A DNA stretch of 64,000 bases. It comes from Steroidobacteraceae bacterium. Its GTDB lineage: Bacteria > Pseudomonadota > Gammaproteobacteria > Steroidobacterales > Steroidobacteraceae. A model generated the notes under the pieces. The model was not told the origin of the DNA and ran no database searches. It saw only the letters and a list, made by a program, of their open reading frames with translations. Position 1 is the first letter of the stretch; every line of letters starts with the position of its first letter. The stretch covers positions 14,492 through 78,491 of the forward strand of contig DATJYR010000041.1 in the NCBI GenBank assembly GCA_035499515.1, written 5' to 3'. This document shows positions 51,511 through 61,225 of the stretch, in pieces. The position numbers and the translations under genes were made by a program.

Positions 51511-52413
51511 ATGGTTGACATCAAGCTGAAGGACCTGCGCTACCTGCTGGCGGTGGCCGATACCCGGCATTTTGGCCGGGCCGCCGCGCAGTGCTTCGTC
51601 AGCCAGCCCACGCTCTCGGCGCAGCTGCGCAAGCTCGAGGAGTACCTCGGGGTGCAGCTCATCGAACGCCAGCCGCGGCGCGTCGCGCTGACCGAGGCAG
51701 GCGAGGCGGTGGCCGAGCGCGCGCGCCGCATCGTCGAGGCCAGCGACGAGATCGGCTCGCTGGCCCACGCGCTGCGCGATCCGCTGGCGGGCCGGCTGCG
51801 CGTGGCCTTCCTGCCCACCATCGGGCCTTACCTGCTGCCGCTGGTGGCGCTGAAGCTGCGTCGCGCGCTGCCGCGGCTCGACCTGCTGCTGTACGAATAC
51901 CAGACCGAGCCCATGCTGGAGCGCCTCGAGAAGGGCGAGATCGATGTCGGCGTGTTGGCGCTGCCGATCCAGCGCGAGGGCCTGGAGCAACGCGCGCTGT
52001 ACGACGAGCCGTTCGTGCTGGCCGTTCCCGATGCGCATCGCCTGGCGCAGCGCGCCCAGGCGCGCACCAGCGATCTCGACCACGAGACGCTGCTGCTGCT
52101 GGAGGACGGCCATTGCCTGCGCGACCAGGCGCTGGCGGTCTGCGCGCGCAGCGGCGTGCAGGAGCACCAGGACTTCCGCGCCACCAGCCTCGAGACGCTG
52201 CGGCAGATGGTGGCGGCCGGTGCCGGCGTCACGCTGCTGCCGGCGCTCGCGAGCCGCGGCGCATACGGCCACGCCAAGGGCGTGAAGATCCTGCCCTTCG
52301 CCAAACCCGCTCCCACGCGCCACATCGGCGCCGTGTGGCGCAAGAGCAGCGCCCGGCTGCCGGCCATCGAAGCGTTGTGCGAGCAGCTGGCGAAGCACCA
52401 CGGACTGGGTTGA
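51511..52413 (+). CDS. oxyR: LysR-family hydrogen-peroxide sensor OxyR
   Basis: HTH is LRYLLAVADTRHFGRAAAQCFVSQPTLS. The redox Cys pair context is LLLEDGHCLRDQALAVC. Confidence 0.85.
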   Translation: MVDIKLKDLRYLLAVADTRHFGRAAAQCFVSQPTLSAQLRKLEEYLGVQLIERQPRRVALTEAGEAVAERARRIVEASDEIGSLAHALRDPLAGRLRVAFLPTIGPYLLPLVALKLRRALPRLDLLLYEYQTEPMLERLEKGEIDVGVLALPIQREGLEQRALYDEPFVLAVPDAHRLAQRAQARTSDLDHETLLLLEDGHCLRDQALAVCARSGVQEHQDFRATSLETLRQMVAAGAGVTLLPALASRGAYGHAKGVKILPFAKPAPTRHIGAVWRKSSARLPAIEALCEQLAKHHGLG

Positions 52414-53714
52414 TGCGCGAGATCTCCGCCTACGATCGCATGGCCTGGCCGGTGAGCCTGCTGGAAGAGTTCCTGCGCGAGGGCAAGCACGCGCGTGATC
52501 TCGCGGCGTACTTCGGCGCGGATGAATACCAGCGGTTGCTGCGCTTGATGGCGTCACTGCCGCGCGCCGACGCGGGCGCGGGCGGCACGACACCCCCGGG
52601 CGCGGCGCCACGCACCCGGGTCTATCTGCTGCCGGGCATGCTCGGTTCGCAGCTCGGCACCTGGCGCGGCAGCGGCCAGCCGCCCGATCTGCTGTGGATC
52701 GATCCGGCCGATGTCGTTGGTGGGTTCCTTTCCGATTTGCGGTTACCCGAAGGCGCCGACATCCACTCGCTCGGCATCATCGCCTACAGCTACCTGAGCC
52801 TGAAGCTGGAACTCAACTGTGCCGGTTTCGACGTGCGGCTGTGGGACTACGACTGGCGGCGCGACATCGTGCAGCTCGGCGCCGCGCTGGCGCAGGACCT
52901 CGCCCGCGATCCCGCGCCGGACATCCGCATCGTGGCGCACAGCATGGGCGGCCTGCTGGCCCGCGCCGCGCTGCATGGCGCGGGCGATCGCGTCTCGCAG
53001 CTCATCACGCTGGGCACTCCCCATCACGGGTCCTTCTCGGCGCTGCAGGCGCTGCGCGGCAGCTACTCGGTGGTGCGGCGGCTGGCCGCGCTGGATGGCA
53101 GGTTCGGTGCGGAAGTGCTGGCGGCCAACGTGTTCGGCAGTTTCCCGAGCCTGTACCAGATGCTGCCCGACACGCTGCTGGCGGACACGCTCGAGCTGGG
53201 CACGCCCGCCGCCTGGCCGCGCACGGGTCCACAGCCGGATGCGCACCTGCTGGAACTGCGCGCAGCCCTGCCGGCCGCGCTGGCGCCGCTGGATGGGCGC
53301 GTGCATTGCGTGGTCGGGATGCACCAACCGACCATCGTCGCCGCCGCCGCGAGGGCCGGCGAATTCCGCTACACCGTCACGTTGCAGGGCGATGGCACGG
53401 TGCCGGTGCATTCGGCCGCGGTGACGCCCGATTGCCACTACGTGGTCTGCGAGCACGGCGATCTGCCGCGCGATGCCGGTGTCGCGCAATGCTGCGTGGA
53501 GCTGCTGCAGGATCGCCGCAGCAGCGCGTTGTCGCCGGTGCTGACGCAGGCGGACACCGCGCCCGATGCCGTGCCGAGCCTCGAGATCGGCGACGACGAA
53601 CTCGCGCTCAGCTATCCCGAGCGCGTGGACTGGCAGTCGCTGAGCGCCGAAGCGCGCGGCAGCTACTTCAACCAGCTCAATCTCGCCCCGGCGCAGTACC
53701 AGCGCCTGCGGTGA
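52413..53714 (+). CDS. alpha/beta hydrolase, LCAT/PGAP1-like lipase-esterase family
   Basis: Internal ATG overlapping the oxyR stop by 1 nt (TGATG). It has the nucleophile elbow VAHSMGG, plus TLGTPHHGS and GDGTVP. Confidence 0.7.
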   Translation: MREISAYDRMAWPVSLLEEFLREGKHARDLAAYFGADEYQRLLRLMASLPRADAGAGGTTPPGAAPRTRVYLLPGMLGSQLGTWRGSGQPPDLLWIDPADVVGGFLSDLRLPEGADIHSLGIIAYSYLSLKLELNCAGFDVRLWDYDWRRDIVQLGAALAQDLARDPAPDIRIVAHSMGGLLARAALHGAGDRVSQLITLGTPHHGSFSALQALRGSYSVVRRLAALDGRFGAEVLAANVFGSFPSLYQMLPDTLLADTLELGTPAAWPRTGPQPDAHLLELRAALPAALAPLDGRVHCVVGMHQPTIVAAAARAGEFRYTVTLQGDGTVPVHSAAVTPDCHYVVCEHGDLPRDAGVAQCCVELLQDRRSSALSPVLTQADTAPDAVPSLEIGDDELALSYPERVDWQSLSAEARGSYFNQLNLAPAQYQRLR

Positions 53715-55066
53715 ACGCCAGCCACGACGCCACTGCGCCGCGCAGCCTGCTGTGGTTCCGCCAGGACCTGCGGCTGCAGGACAATCCGGCCCTGCATTCG
53801 GCCCTGCAGCGCGGCGCCGTCATTCCGGTGTACATCGAGAGCTTCGGCGAGGAAGGCGACTGGCCGCCCGGCGCAGCGTCGCGCTGGTGGCTGCATCGCT
53901 CGCTGCAATCGCTCACGGCTGAGTTGCAGGCGCTGGGCGCGCCGCTGATCCTGCGGCGGGGCGCGGCACTGCAGGAACTGCGCAGGCTGCTGCAGGAAAC
54001 CGGCGCCGATGCGGTGTTCTGGAACCGCCGCTACGAACCCGCGGTGCTGGCGCGCGATCGCAGCCTCAAGCAGGCGCTGCGCGCCGAAGGCCTCATCGCC
54101 GAAAGCGGCAACGCGGCATTGCTTGTGGAACCGTGGGACATCCGCAACCAGAGCGGCAAGCCGTTCCAGGTGTTCACGCCGTTCATGCGCCAGCTCCTCA
54201 AGCAGCTCGCGGTACCGAAGGCGGTGCCGGCGCCGCGCACCTGGCCGGGCGTCGGGCGCTGGCCCGCCTCGCTGCCCCTCGATGCGCTGGAACTGCTGCC
54301 GAAGCTCGGCTGGTACCAGGGCTTCGAGGACAGCTGGCAGCCCGGCGAAGCCGGTGCGCACCGCCGACTCGAAGCCTTCGTGGCCTCGGCGCTGACCGGT
54401 TACAGCGAACGCCGTGACCGCCCCGATCTGCCCGGCACCTCGCGGCTCTCGCCGCACCTGCATTTCGGCGAGCTCTCGCCGCGCCAGATCTGGCGCGCGC
54501 TGCCGGCAGCCGAGCGTGCGGGCGGCAAGTACCTGGCGGAGGTCGTCTGGCGCGAATTCGCGCATCATCTGCTGTACCACTTCCCGCACACCGCGGACCA
54601 ACCGTTGCGCGAGGAATTCCAGCGCTTCGAATGGCGCGAGGATCCGGCGGGCCTGCGCGCATGGCAGCGCGGCGCGACCGGCATCCCGCTGGTCGACGCC
54701 GGGATGCGCGAACTGTGGCGCACCGGCTGGATGCACAACCGCGTGCGCATGGTGGTGGCATCGTTGCTGGTGAAGCACCTGCGGCTGCCGTGGCAGAGCG
54801 GGTCACGCTGGTTCTGGGACACACTGGTGGACGCGGATCTCGCCAACAACACGCTGGGCTGGCAGTGGACCGCGGGCTGCGGCGCGGATGCGTCGCCGTG
54901 GTTCCGCATCTTCAATCCGCTCAGCCAGGCGGAGAAGTTCGATCCGGAGCAGCACTACCGGCAGCGCTGGCTCGCAGACGTGTCCGCGCCATCCGCGCCC
55001 ATCGTCGATCTCAAGGAGACGCGGGAAGCGGCGCTGGCCGCCTACCAGCGCATGCGCAAAGCCTAG
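53711..55066 (+). CDS. phr: deoxyribodipyrimidine photolyase / cryptochrome family protein
   Basis: GTG with a GTGA overlap. Motifs LLWFRQDLRLQDNPAL, TSRLSPHLHFGELS, TGIPLVDAGMRELWRTGWMHNRVRM and DADLANNTLGWQWTAGCGADASPWFRIFNP. Confidence 0.9.
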   Translation: MNASHDATAPRSLLWFRQDLRLQDNPALHSALQRGAVIPVYIESFGEEGDWPPGAASRWWLHRSLQSLTAELQALGAPLILRRGAALQELRRLLQETGADAVFWNRRYEPAVLARDRSLKQALRAEGLIAESGNAALLVEPWDIRNQSGKPFQVFTPFMRQLLKQLAVPKAVPAPRTWPGVGRWPASLPLDALELLPKLGWYQGFEDSWQPGEAGAHRRLEAFVASALTGYSERRDRPDLPGTSRLSPHLHFGELSPRQIWRALPAAERAGGKYLAEVVWREFAHHLLYHFPHTADQPLREEFQRFEWREDPAGLRAWQRGATGIPLVDAGMRELWRTGWMHNRVRMVVASLLVKHLRLPWQSGSRWFWDTLVDADLANNTLGWQWTAGCGADASPWFRIFNPLSQAEKFDPEQHYRQRWLADVSAPSAPIVDLKETREAALAAYQRMRKA

Positions 55067-56007
55067 GGCGAAGCGGTCTTGTCGGAGACCTTCGGCGGTT
55101 CGAGGTCGGGAACTTCGGCCGGCAATTTCATGAGCGCGCGCAGCTGCGTACGGGCCGTCGCAAGGTCGCGCTCGTATCCGGCGTTCTCGCTCATCAGCAT
55201 CATGGCCGACGTGCCCGCCAGCCGGCCCGCCTCCACGTCGCTGGCGTAGTGCGCGCCCACCACCATGCGTGAATTGCCGTAGTCGCGGCTGCGCGCGAAC
55301 AGCGCGTCGCGCTGCTCGGGCACGAGCTGCGACAGCACGATGGCGCAGGCAGTGCCGAACGTCGTGTGGCCGCTCGGGTAGGAGTGATAGGCATCCTCGC
55401 GCAGATATTTTTCCCAGCCGGCTTGCAGCTTCTGCAGGTCGTCCGGCGGCTCGGCCTTGGGCGCCGGACAGGCCGGATCGCGCTGCGCCTCCTCCTCCCT
55501 GCGCCGCTGTTGCTGTTTCGCATAGTCCTGCTGGTAGAACGCCAGCGTCATGTCCGCCAACTTCTCCACCTGGCTGCTGGCCATGTAAGGCCGCGGGCGC
55601 TTCCAGTAATTCTTGGCTGCGCCCACCGTGTTGCCCGCTTCGTGTGCGGCCTTGTTGACGAACGCCAGCGCCTTTTCCGCCTCCTTGGCCGACAGGTCGT
55701 AGCCCAGCGCGTCGCTGAACCGCACGCAGTCTTCGGTGGCGTCGGCGATGGCGTGCTCGAGGGTCCCGGCCTTGTGGGCCGCGCGCTGCGCGGCCAGCAC
55801 GGCGTCCAGGTCCTGCTGCTGCTGGGCGGCCCCGTGCGGCGGCGGCGGCAGCATGGAGGTGACGTCCACCTGCGAGCTGAGCAGGTATTGCACCTTGCTG
55901 GCCGCAGGCGCCTCCGGGCAGTTCTTCGGCTTGTCACTGGCCAGGGAGGGCGTGGCCCCTCCCATGCAGAGCAGGGTCAGGAGTATCGTTGCGCTGCGGA
56001 CTGTCAT
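55063..56007 (-). CDS. PAP2-superfamily (class A acid phosphatase-like) secreted protein
   Basis: Internal ATG (MTVRSATILLTLLCMGGATPSLA). Motifs KNYWKRPRP, YPSGHTT and SRMVVGAHYASDV. A charged insertion (QQQRRREEEAQRD) lies between motifs 1 and 2. Confidence 0.8.
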   Translation of the reverse strand: MTVRSATILLTLLCMGGATPSLASDKPKNCPEAPAASKVQYLLSSQVDVTSMLPPPPHGAAQQQQDLDAVLAAQRAAHKAGTLEHAIADATEDCVRFSDALGYDLSAKEAEKALAFVNKAAHEAGNTVGAAKNYWKRPRPYMASSQVEKLADMTLAFYQQDYAKQQQRRREEEAQRDPACPAPKAEPPDDLQKLQAGWEKYLREDAYHSYPSGHTTFGTACAIVLSQLVPEQRDALFARSRDYGNSRMVVGAHYASDVEAGRLAGTSAMMLMSENAGYERDLATARTQLRALMKLPAEVPDLEPPKVSDKTASP

Positions 56008-56038
56008 TGGCGGTTTATACACAATTCCAGGGGGAGAT

Positions 56039-56536
56039 ATGAAGGCCTTGTTGCTCATCGGCGTGCTCTCGCTGTGCGGAGGTTGCGTCACCCGTTTCGA
56101 AACCCGTCCCTATCTGCCACAGTCGGATGACAGCGGTATTGCAGGCATACGCTACTACGAACCCCGGCTCTACAAACTGCACTATGAATTCACCGTGCTG
56201 GTCGATCGCGGCGGCCAGGTGCTGGGCCGCGCCGGCAACGGCACCTGCGTGGCCATTGCGCAGAAGGAAGAGCTGACCACGCTGGCCGACTATGCCCATC
56301 CGCGCGTGCTCATCGAACATCCGGCGCCCTTCTCCTCCGACAAACTCGGCGTCACGCTCAGCAATGGCGTTCTGACTGGCCTGAACGTGGAACGTTCCCC
56401 GCAGGGCAACGACCTGCTGGCCACGCTGGAAAAAGCCTCCGAGGCCAGCGTGCTTGCGGCCGCCGCCGCCGGCGCGCAGCAGGCCTGCAACGCCGCACCG
56501 GAACTGACGCGCATCGAAGCCGTGACGCAACCCTGA
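56039..56536 (+). CDS. lipoprotein, unknown function
   Basis: GGGGAG upstream. Lipobox LSLCGGC in MKALLLIGVLSLCGGC. Confidence 0.6.
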   Translation: MKALLLIGVLSLCGGCVTRFETRPYLPQSDDSGIAGIRYYEPRLYKLHYEFTVLVDRGGQVLGRAGNGTCVAIAQKEELTTLADYAHPRVLIEHPAPFSSDKLGVTLSNGVLTGLNVERSPQGNDLLATLEKASEASVLAAAAAGAQQACNAAPELTRIEAVTQP

Positions 56537-56544
56537 GCAGGTGC

Positions 56545-57045
56545 TCAGGGACGCCGGAAATGAAAATAGAAACTGCCGGCCCAGAGACCGGTGACCAGCA
56601 GGAAGAACACCAGCGCCGGGATGAACATCGCGTTCGAGAGACGCGGCGGCTGCGCGGCATTGCCCTGCACCACCAGCCAGTGCACGTAACACAGGAAGGC
56701 CGCCAGCAGCAGGCCGAAACGCATGCCCTGGAGGTTGAGGTAGGCTTGCGTGTCTTCCCGGCGCTCCTCGGCCAGCCAGTAGTCGCGGTTCGGAATCCGC
56801 AGTGATGTCGCCTGGCGGATCGCCAGCGACTGCAGCAGCGCGATGAACAGCGGCACGCCTGCTGCGATCGCGCTCATGAAGGTCAGGTACGAACTGCGCA
56901 TCATGTAGCCGCTGGCCGCGCCCGAGGCGTCGAAGTGCGCTGCCATGAGTTCCGGCAGGCGCTGGCCGGTCTTGTGGATGAACACCACCGCGGCCAGCAA
57001 CAGCAGCAGGAATACGGTCCAGTTGGGTCGACGCTGCGTTTTCAC
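56545..57045 (-). CDS. membrane protein (about four TM segments), unknown function
   Basis: A GTG at 57045 overlaps the stop of the upstream VOC gene (GTGA). The translation is VKTQRRPNWTVFLLLLLAAVVFIH... The remainder of track ORF 56545..57489 is out of frame over the VOC gene. Confidence 0.55.
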   Translation of the reverse strand: MKTQRRPNWTVFLLLLLAAVVFIHKTGQRLPELMAAHFDASGAASGYMMRSSYLTFMSAIAAGVPLFIALLQSLAIRQATSLRIPNRDYWLAEERREDTQAYLNLQGMRFGLLLAAFLCYVHWLVVQGNAAQPPRLSNAMFIPALVFFLLVTGLWAGSFYFHFRRP

Positions 57046-57839
57046 GATCCGCTCTGCTCCCAGTAACCGCCGGGACGATAGTTGCCGAAATACCAGAGAT
57101 GGCCTTCGGGATCGAGCACCATGTAACCGCGCGCGCCGTATTCCTCGGTGCGAAGGTCGCGCACCAGTCGCGCGCCGGCGGCCATGGCCACTTTGTAGTG
57201 CGCATCCGGGTCGGCCACGTACACGCTCAGCGCCTGCGCCACGCCATCCAGCGATTTCGGACTGCGCCGGTTGTCCTGCGTCTTGGGCGAGCCGATCATG
57301 ATCACGCCATTGCCCAGCGTCAGCTCGGAGTGCTCGATGCGGCCATCGGCCCCCGGCACGGTGAAACGGCGCGTGAAGCCGAACGCGCGGCACAGCCAGT
57401 CGATGGCGGCGGCGGCATCCTCGTAGGTCAGGCTCGGATAGATATCGGAACTCGTGCCCGCCACCGGGGCGGGCTCGGGCGTGTGGCACACGGCTTCAAT
57501 GTTGTGGCCGTCCGGCGTGAGCACGAACGCCGCATAGTAGTTGGGATGGTAGTGCTCGCGGATCCCGGGCGGCCCGTTGTCGCGGCCGCCGGCCGCCAGC
57601 GCGGCCGCGTAAAAGGTCCGCACCTGTTCACGCGATTGCGCGGTGAACGCGATGTGCATGGGGCGCTGCGGCTCCGTGTGCTCGCCGAACCACAGTTCCG
57701 GCTTGTCGCCACGGCCCATGCCGGCCCAGCCTTCGACCTCCATGACGAGCCCGATGCCCAGCGGTGCCAGCGCCTGGCTGAAGAACGCCTTGCTCGCCGC
57801 GTAGTCGCGCACGCTGATGCCGAGGTGATCGAAGATCAT
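57042..57839 (-). CDS. two-domain VOC (glyoxalase/bleomycin-resistance/dioxygenase) family protein
   Basis: N-terminal module MIFDHLGISVRDYAASKAFF...HIAF...DPDGHNIEAV. The second module is SLTYEDAAAAIDWL...DPEGHLWYFG. Confidence 0.8.
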   Translation of the reverse strand: MIFDHLGISVRDYAASKAFFSQALAPLGIGLVMEVEGWAGMGRGDKPELWFGEHTEPQRPMHIAFTAQSREQVRTFYAAALAAGGRDNGPPGIREHYHPNYYAAFVLTPDGHNIEAVCHTPEPAPVAGTSSDIYPSLTYEDAAAAIDWLCRAFGFTRRFTVPGADGRIEHSELTLGNGVIMIGSPKTQDNRRSPKSLDGVAQALSVYVADPDAHYKVAMAAGARLVRDLRTEEYGARGYMVLDPEGHLWYFGNYRPGGYWEQSGS

Positions 57840-58009
57840 GTCTGTTGCTCCGCCAGTGCCTTGAGCGCGCCCGGCACCTCGGGGAAATCGTCGTTACCCG
57901 CGGTTCGAAGTCGGCCGCCGCGGGCCCCGTGATTTCCGTCTGGTCGGTGACGCGGGAACGTCCTGCCATGAGTGGCTCGATCGGATGGTGCACGACCGCG
58001 CGTGTGTCT

Positions 58010-58582
58010 TCAATCTCTGTTACGCCAGTCGCGGCCCAGCAGGCCGTGCAGCTCGACGTCGTGCGCCACGCCATTGGTCACCCAGCGCTCGCGCAGCAAC
58101 CCTTCGCACCGAAACCCGACGCTGCGCAGCAACCGCACCGACGCTTGATTGTCGGGATTCACTTCCGCTTCCAGCCGTCGCAACCGCAACGGACCGAACG
58201 CGCTGTCGATGACGGCGGTGAGCGCCTCGCGCATGAATCCCTGCCCCCAGTACTGCCGCCCCAACACGTAGCCCAGCTCTGCGCGCGCGCTGCCGGCGTC
58301 GAAATGGAACAGCAGCACCGACCCGATGGCGCGGGCCTGCGCGTGGCCGATGATCACGTACTGGATCGCGGTGCCCGTGGCCTGCAGCGCCTGCATGCGC
58401 TGGAACCACGCGTTCGCGTCCGCCATGCCCTGCCAACGGGCGTAAGGCAGGAAGTGGTTGACCTCGGCGTTGTCATTGACGTCCAGCAGCGCAGCCAGAT
58501 CTGCTTCCCTCACGCTGCGGATCGCCAGCCGCGCGGTGTCGGGAATGTCGGCGGCGACCAGTTTCCGGGGGCCCTCATTCAT
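58010..58582 (-). CDS. GNAT family N-acetyltransferase (RimJ/RimL-like)
   Basis: Contains ELGYVLGRQYWGQGFMREAL...LRRLEAEVNPDNQASVRLLRSVGF. Confidence 0.85.
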   Translation of the reverse strand: MNEGPRKLVAADIPDTARLAIRSVREADLAALLDVNDNAEVNHFLPYARWQGMADANAWFQRMQALQATGTAIQYVIIGHAQARAIGSVLLFHFDAGSARAELGYVLGRQYWGQGFMREALTAVIDSAFGPLRLRRLEAEVNPDNQASVRLLRSVGFRCEGLLRERWVTNGVAHDVELHGLLGRDWRNRD

Positions 58583-59742
58583 GGCTGCATCGCGAACGGT
58601 TCGAGCACGGGCGGGGTTCGGCCTGATTCAACCATGTCCGCCACCGCCTCGCCAATCGCCGCGGAGTGCTTGAAGCCGTGGCCCGAGCAGGCCGACACCG
58701 CCAGCGTATCCGGTTGGTCCGGCAGCCAGTCGATGAGGAAGTTCGCGTCGCGCGTGCTGGTGTAGAGGCAGGTCACGGCGCGACGGCATTCGCCGCTGAC
58801 GCCGCGCAGCCTGTCGAGCAGGTGCCGGCGCACCATGGCCGCGACCTCCGCCGCAGCCACCTCCCGCCGCACCTGCTGCGGCGTCGTGGTCTCGAGATCC
58901 TGTTCGGTGGCGATCTTGATTTCACGCCGCCCGCTGGCCTGAGGGAACCCATAGAACACCTGGTCCGCGCCGCTGCCCCAATTCCAGATGAACACCGGGA
59001 ACGCGCCCGGCTCATAGGACACCCCAGCTTCCAGCGCGAACCAGTACATCACCTGCCGACGCACAGTGAACCGCGACGCCAGCGAGGGCACGAGTTGCGG
59101 CAACCACGGGCCGGCGGCGATCACCGTCGTGCCGACGCGATACTCGTCGCCATCGCACTCCACCACCGTCTGCGTGCCCGCGGTCCGCAGCCTCGCCGCA
59201 CGATTCGTGATGAGCCGTGCGCCGAGCTGCGTCGCCAGGCGCAGTTGCGCCGCCACGCACGCTTCAGCGAACAGGAAGCCCGCACCGGGTTCGTAGTACG
59301 CCCGCTCGTCGCCCTGGAGCTGGAATTGCGGAAAGCGACTGGTGATGGCCGCGGCGTCCAGCGTCTGGTGGGGGATCTTGAACTCCTGCGCCGCCCGCAG
59401 CGTCGTCCCCAGGAAGTCGGGCCGGCCGTGCATCGGCGAGCGCTGGCCAGCCCGCGCCATGATCAGTCCACCGCAGGCGGTCAGCAACCGCTCGCCGCTG
59501 GCTGCCTCGAGCTCGCGCCAGAGCTGGTGCGAGCGTCGCACCAATGGCACGAACTGCAATCCTTCGCCGATCGCTTCACGCGTGATGCGCGTCTCGCCAT
59601 GCGTTGCGCCGTGAGTGTGCGGCGGCGAAAACTGGTCGATGCCGATGACTTTCAGGCCGCGCCTTGCGAGCTGGTACACGATGGCCGCGCCCATCGCCCC
59701 CAGTCCCAGCACCAGCACATCGGCCTGCGCTGAGCGCGTCAT
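58579..59742 (-). CDS. FAD-dependent sarcosine / N-methyl-tryptophan oxidase-like enzyme
   Basis: Internal ATG (MTRSAQADVLVLGLGAMGAA, a GxGxxG motif) and a C-terminal CSGHGFKH. ATGA overlaps on both sides. Confidence 0.8.
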   Translation of the reverse strand: MTRSAQADVLVLGLGAMGAAIVYQLARRGLKVIGIDQFSPPHTHGATHGETRITREAIGEGLQFVPLVRRSHQLWRELEAASGERLLTACGGLIMARAGQRSPMHGRPDFLGTTLRAAQEFKIPHQTLDAAAITSRFPQFQLQGDERAYYEPGAGFLFAEACVAAQLRLATQLGARLITNRAARLRTAGTQTVVECDGDEYRVGTTVIAAGPWLPQLVPSLASRFTVRRQVMYWFALEAGVSYEPGAFPVFIWNWGSGADQVFYGFPQASGRREIKIATEQDLETTTPQQVRREVAAAEVAAMVRRHLLDRLRGVSGECRRAVTCLYTSTRDANFLIDWLPDQPDTLAVSACSGHGFKHSAAIGEAVADMVESGRTPPVLEPFAMQP

Positions 59743-60197
59743 GAGCGGCCGGTGCGCCGCTTTCCTGCCGCTGACAAAGTGCGCGACGCGTCGCGCGTGA
59801 GCGTCTTGATGAACTCGGTGCGGCGGAAGCGCAGCGCCGACCAGTCGGCGTCGATGGCGACCATGCGCACCGGCTCGAATCCGGCCTTGCCGAGCGCCGC
59901 CCAACCGGTGTCGCGATTGAAATCGCACTGGTAGCGCTTCGACGTGCCCTTCGGATAGGCGAACCACAGCAATGCATCGCCCGCAGCCTTGGGTGCCAGC
60001 ACTTTGATCGCGGCGTCCACCTGCCACTGGGTGGTGGCAAACACCAGTGCGAACGACACCGCCTTCACCCTGGCGGCATCGCGCACCACCTTGACGCCAG
60101 CCAGCGACTTCAGCTCCGGCTCGAATGACGATGGCGGGTCCATCACCACGATCTCGCGTTGATCCTTCAGATTCAGCTTGCTGAACACGGACGGCAT
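59739..60197 (-). CDS. hypothetical protein
   Basis: Internal ATG (MPSVFSKLNLKDQREIVVMDPP). Well-behaved composition (LLWFAYPKGTSKRYQCDFNRDTGW). I do not confidently recognise a family. Confidence 0.5.
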   Translation of the reverse strand: MPSVFSKLNLKDQREIVVMDPPSSFEPELKSLAGVKVVRDAARVKAVSFALVFATTQWQVDAAIKVLAPKAAGDALLWFAYPKGTSKRYQCDFNRDTGWAALGKAGFEPVRMVAIDADWSALRFRRTEFIKTLTRDASRTLSAAGKRRTGRS

Positions 60198-60280
60198 CGC
60201 TTCGCTCCCAAAGCCAGCGCGGGACGCGGCCGGCATACTGCTGCCATTCGACTCCGTAGCGCTGCGCCAGCCAGGGCTCT

Positions 60281-60775
60281 TCACCCAGCCAGACCCGCAG
60301 CGTGAACGCCATCATCACCGCGACCAGGTACATGCCCCGGCAGCGCCACGAATTCGCCCGAGAAGATTCCCGCAGTCTGCTGCCGGAACGTCAACGTCGC
60401 GCCAACCGTGATCCGCGCCCGGCCCCTGCGCGCATAAACCTTGAGGAACTGCGACCACCGCTCCGCTTCCGGGATCGTTGCGGTGGCCGTGAACGCGCCC
60501 TCGATGGGTCGCGTGTACGACATCGTGCTGCCCTGGATCACCAGGCGGCTGGCGAGTCCCGCTTCGCTCATGCGCACATGCAGCAGTCCCCAGGCGGCGA
60601 GAATGGCGAGCGCCGCGGAACTGCCGCCGAACACCGTGTCGCGATGGTTGATGTTCGGCGCCAGGGACGCTCCCAGCACCACGGCGTCGTGTCCGCTCTG
60701 CAACACCGACACCTCCATCGCCTTTGACAGCGGGATGTGCGCATGCAGGTAGTCCTGCAGTTCCGCGGAGGTCAT
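60281..60775 (-). CDS. YiiD_C-like hotdog thioesterase domain protein
   Basis: Contains LQDYLHAHIPLSKAMEVSV...NINHRDTVFGGSSAALAILAAWG. Confidence 0.65.
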   Translation of the reverse strand: MTSAELQDYLHAHIPLSKAMEVSVLQSGHDAVVLGASLAPNINHRDTVFGGSSAALAILAAWGLLHVRMSEAGLASRLVIQGSTMSYTRPIEGAFTATATIPEAERWSQFLKVYARRGRARITVGATLTFRQQTAGIFSGEFVALPGHVPGRGDDGVHAAGLAG

Positions 60776-60782
60776 GGTGGGT

Positions 60783-61202
60783 TCACAGCGGCTTCAGGTC
60801 CGGTTCCAGCCAGCCGCGTCGCGCCGCGACCGAGAACAGCCGCTCGCCGGAATAATGCTGCAGGGGCCAGCGGCTGTCCGCGAGCGGCGAGGCCAGCAAG
60901 GCCTCCAGCGCTTCGAGGGGTGCGCGCCCGGGCTGGCGTTGCCGATGCGCTTCGATGGCCAGCAGATAGAACCTGGTGATCGTCTCGTGATAGCCGGAAG
61001 CGTCGGTATTGGGCGTGCCCACCGCCACATTGTGCGCCTTGATGCGCTCGCGCACGAGCGCCAGTGCTGTGTCGGGTGCGTGCTGGGCGAGATGCCACAG
61101 GCCCACGGCCAGGTGTGCCTCGTGGGTCCATTTCGCGCGCGGCAGTTGCCCCGCTGCGAATTGCTCGATGAACGCCTGGTAATCGGCGACAGACGCGAAC
61201 AT
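60783..61202 (-). CDS. hypothetical protein
   Basis: 139 aa with a normal composition; I recognise no motif. Confidence 0.45.
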   Translation of the reverse strand: MFASVADYQAFIEQFAAGQLPRAKWTHEAHLAVGLWHLAQHAPDTALALVRERIKAHNVAVGTPNTDASGYHETITRFYLLAIEAHRQRQPGRAPLEALEALLASPLADSRWPLQHYSGERLFSVAARRGWLEPDLKPL

Positions 61203-61225
61203 TTCGCTGTGCCCGGTCGATTGCG

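Noticed and set aside
57840-58009. Possible small ORF ending in an ATGA overlap with the VOC gene start (C-terminal AGNDDFPEVPGALKALAEQQT)
   Set aside because: There is no ATG/GTG/TTG start in frame before the sequence becomes Arg-rich junk. It is more likely a promoter or 5-prime UTR region.
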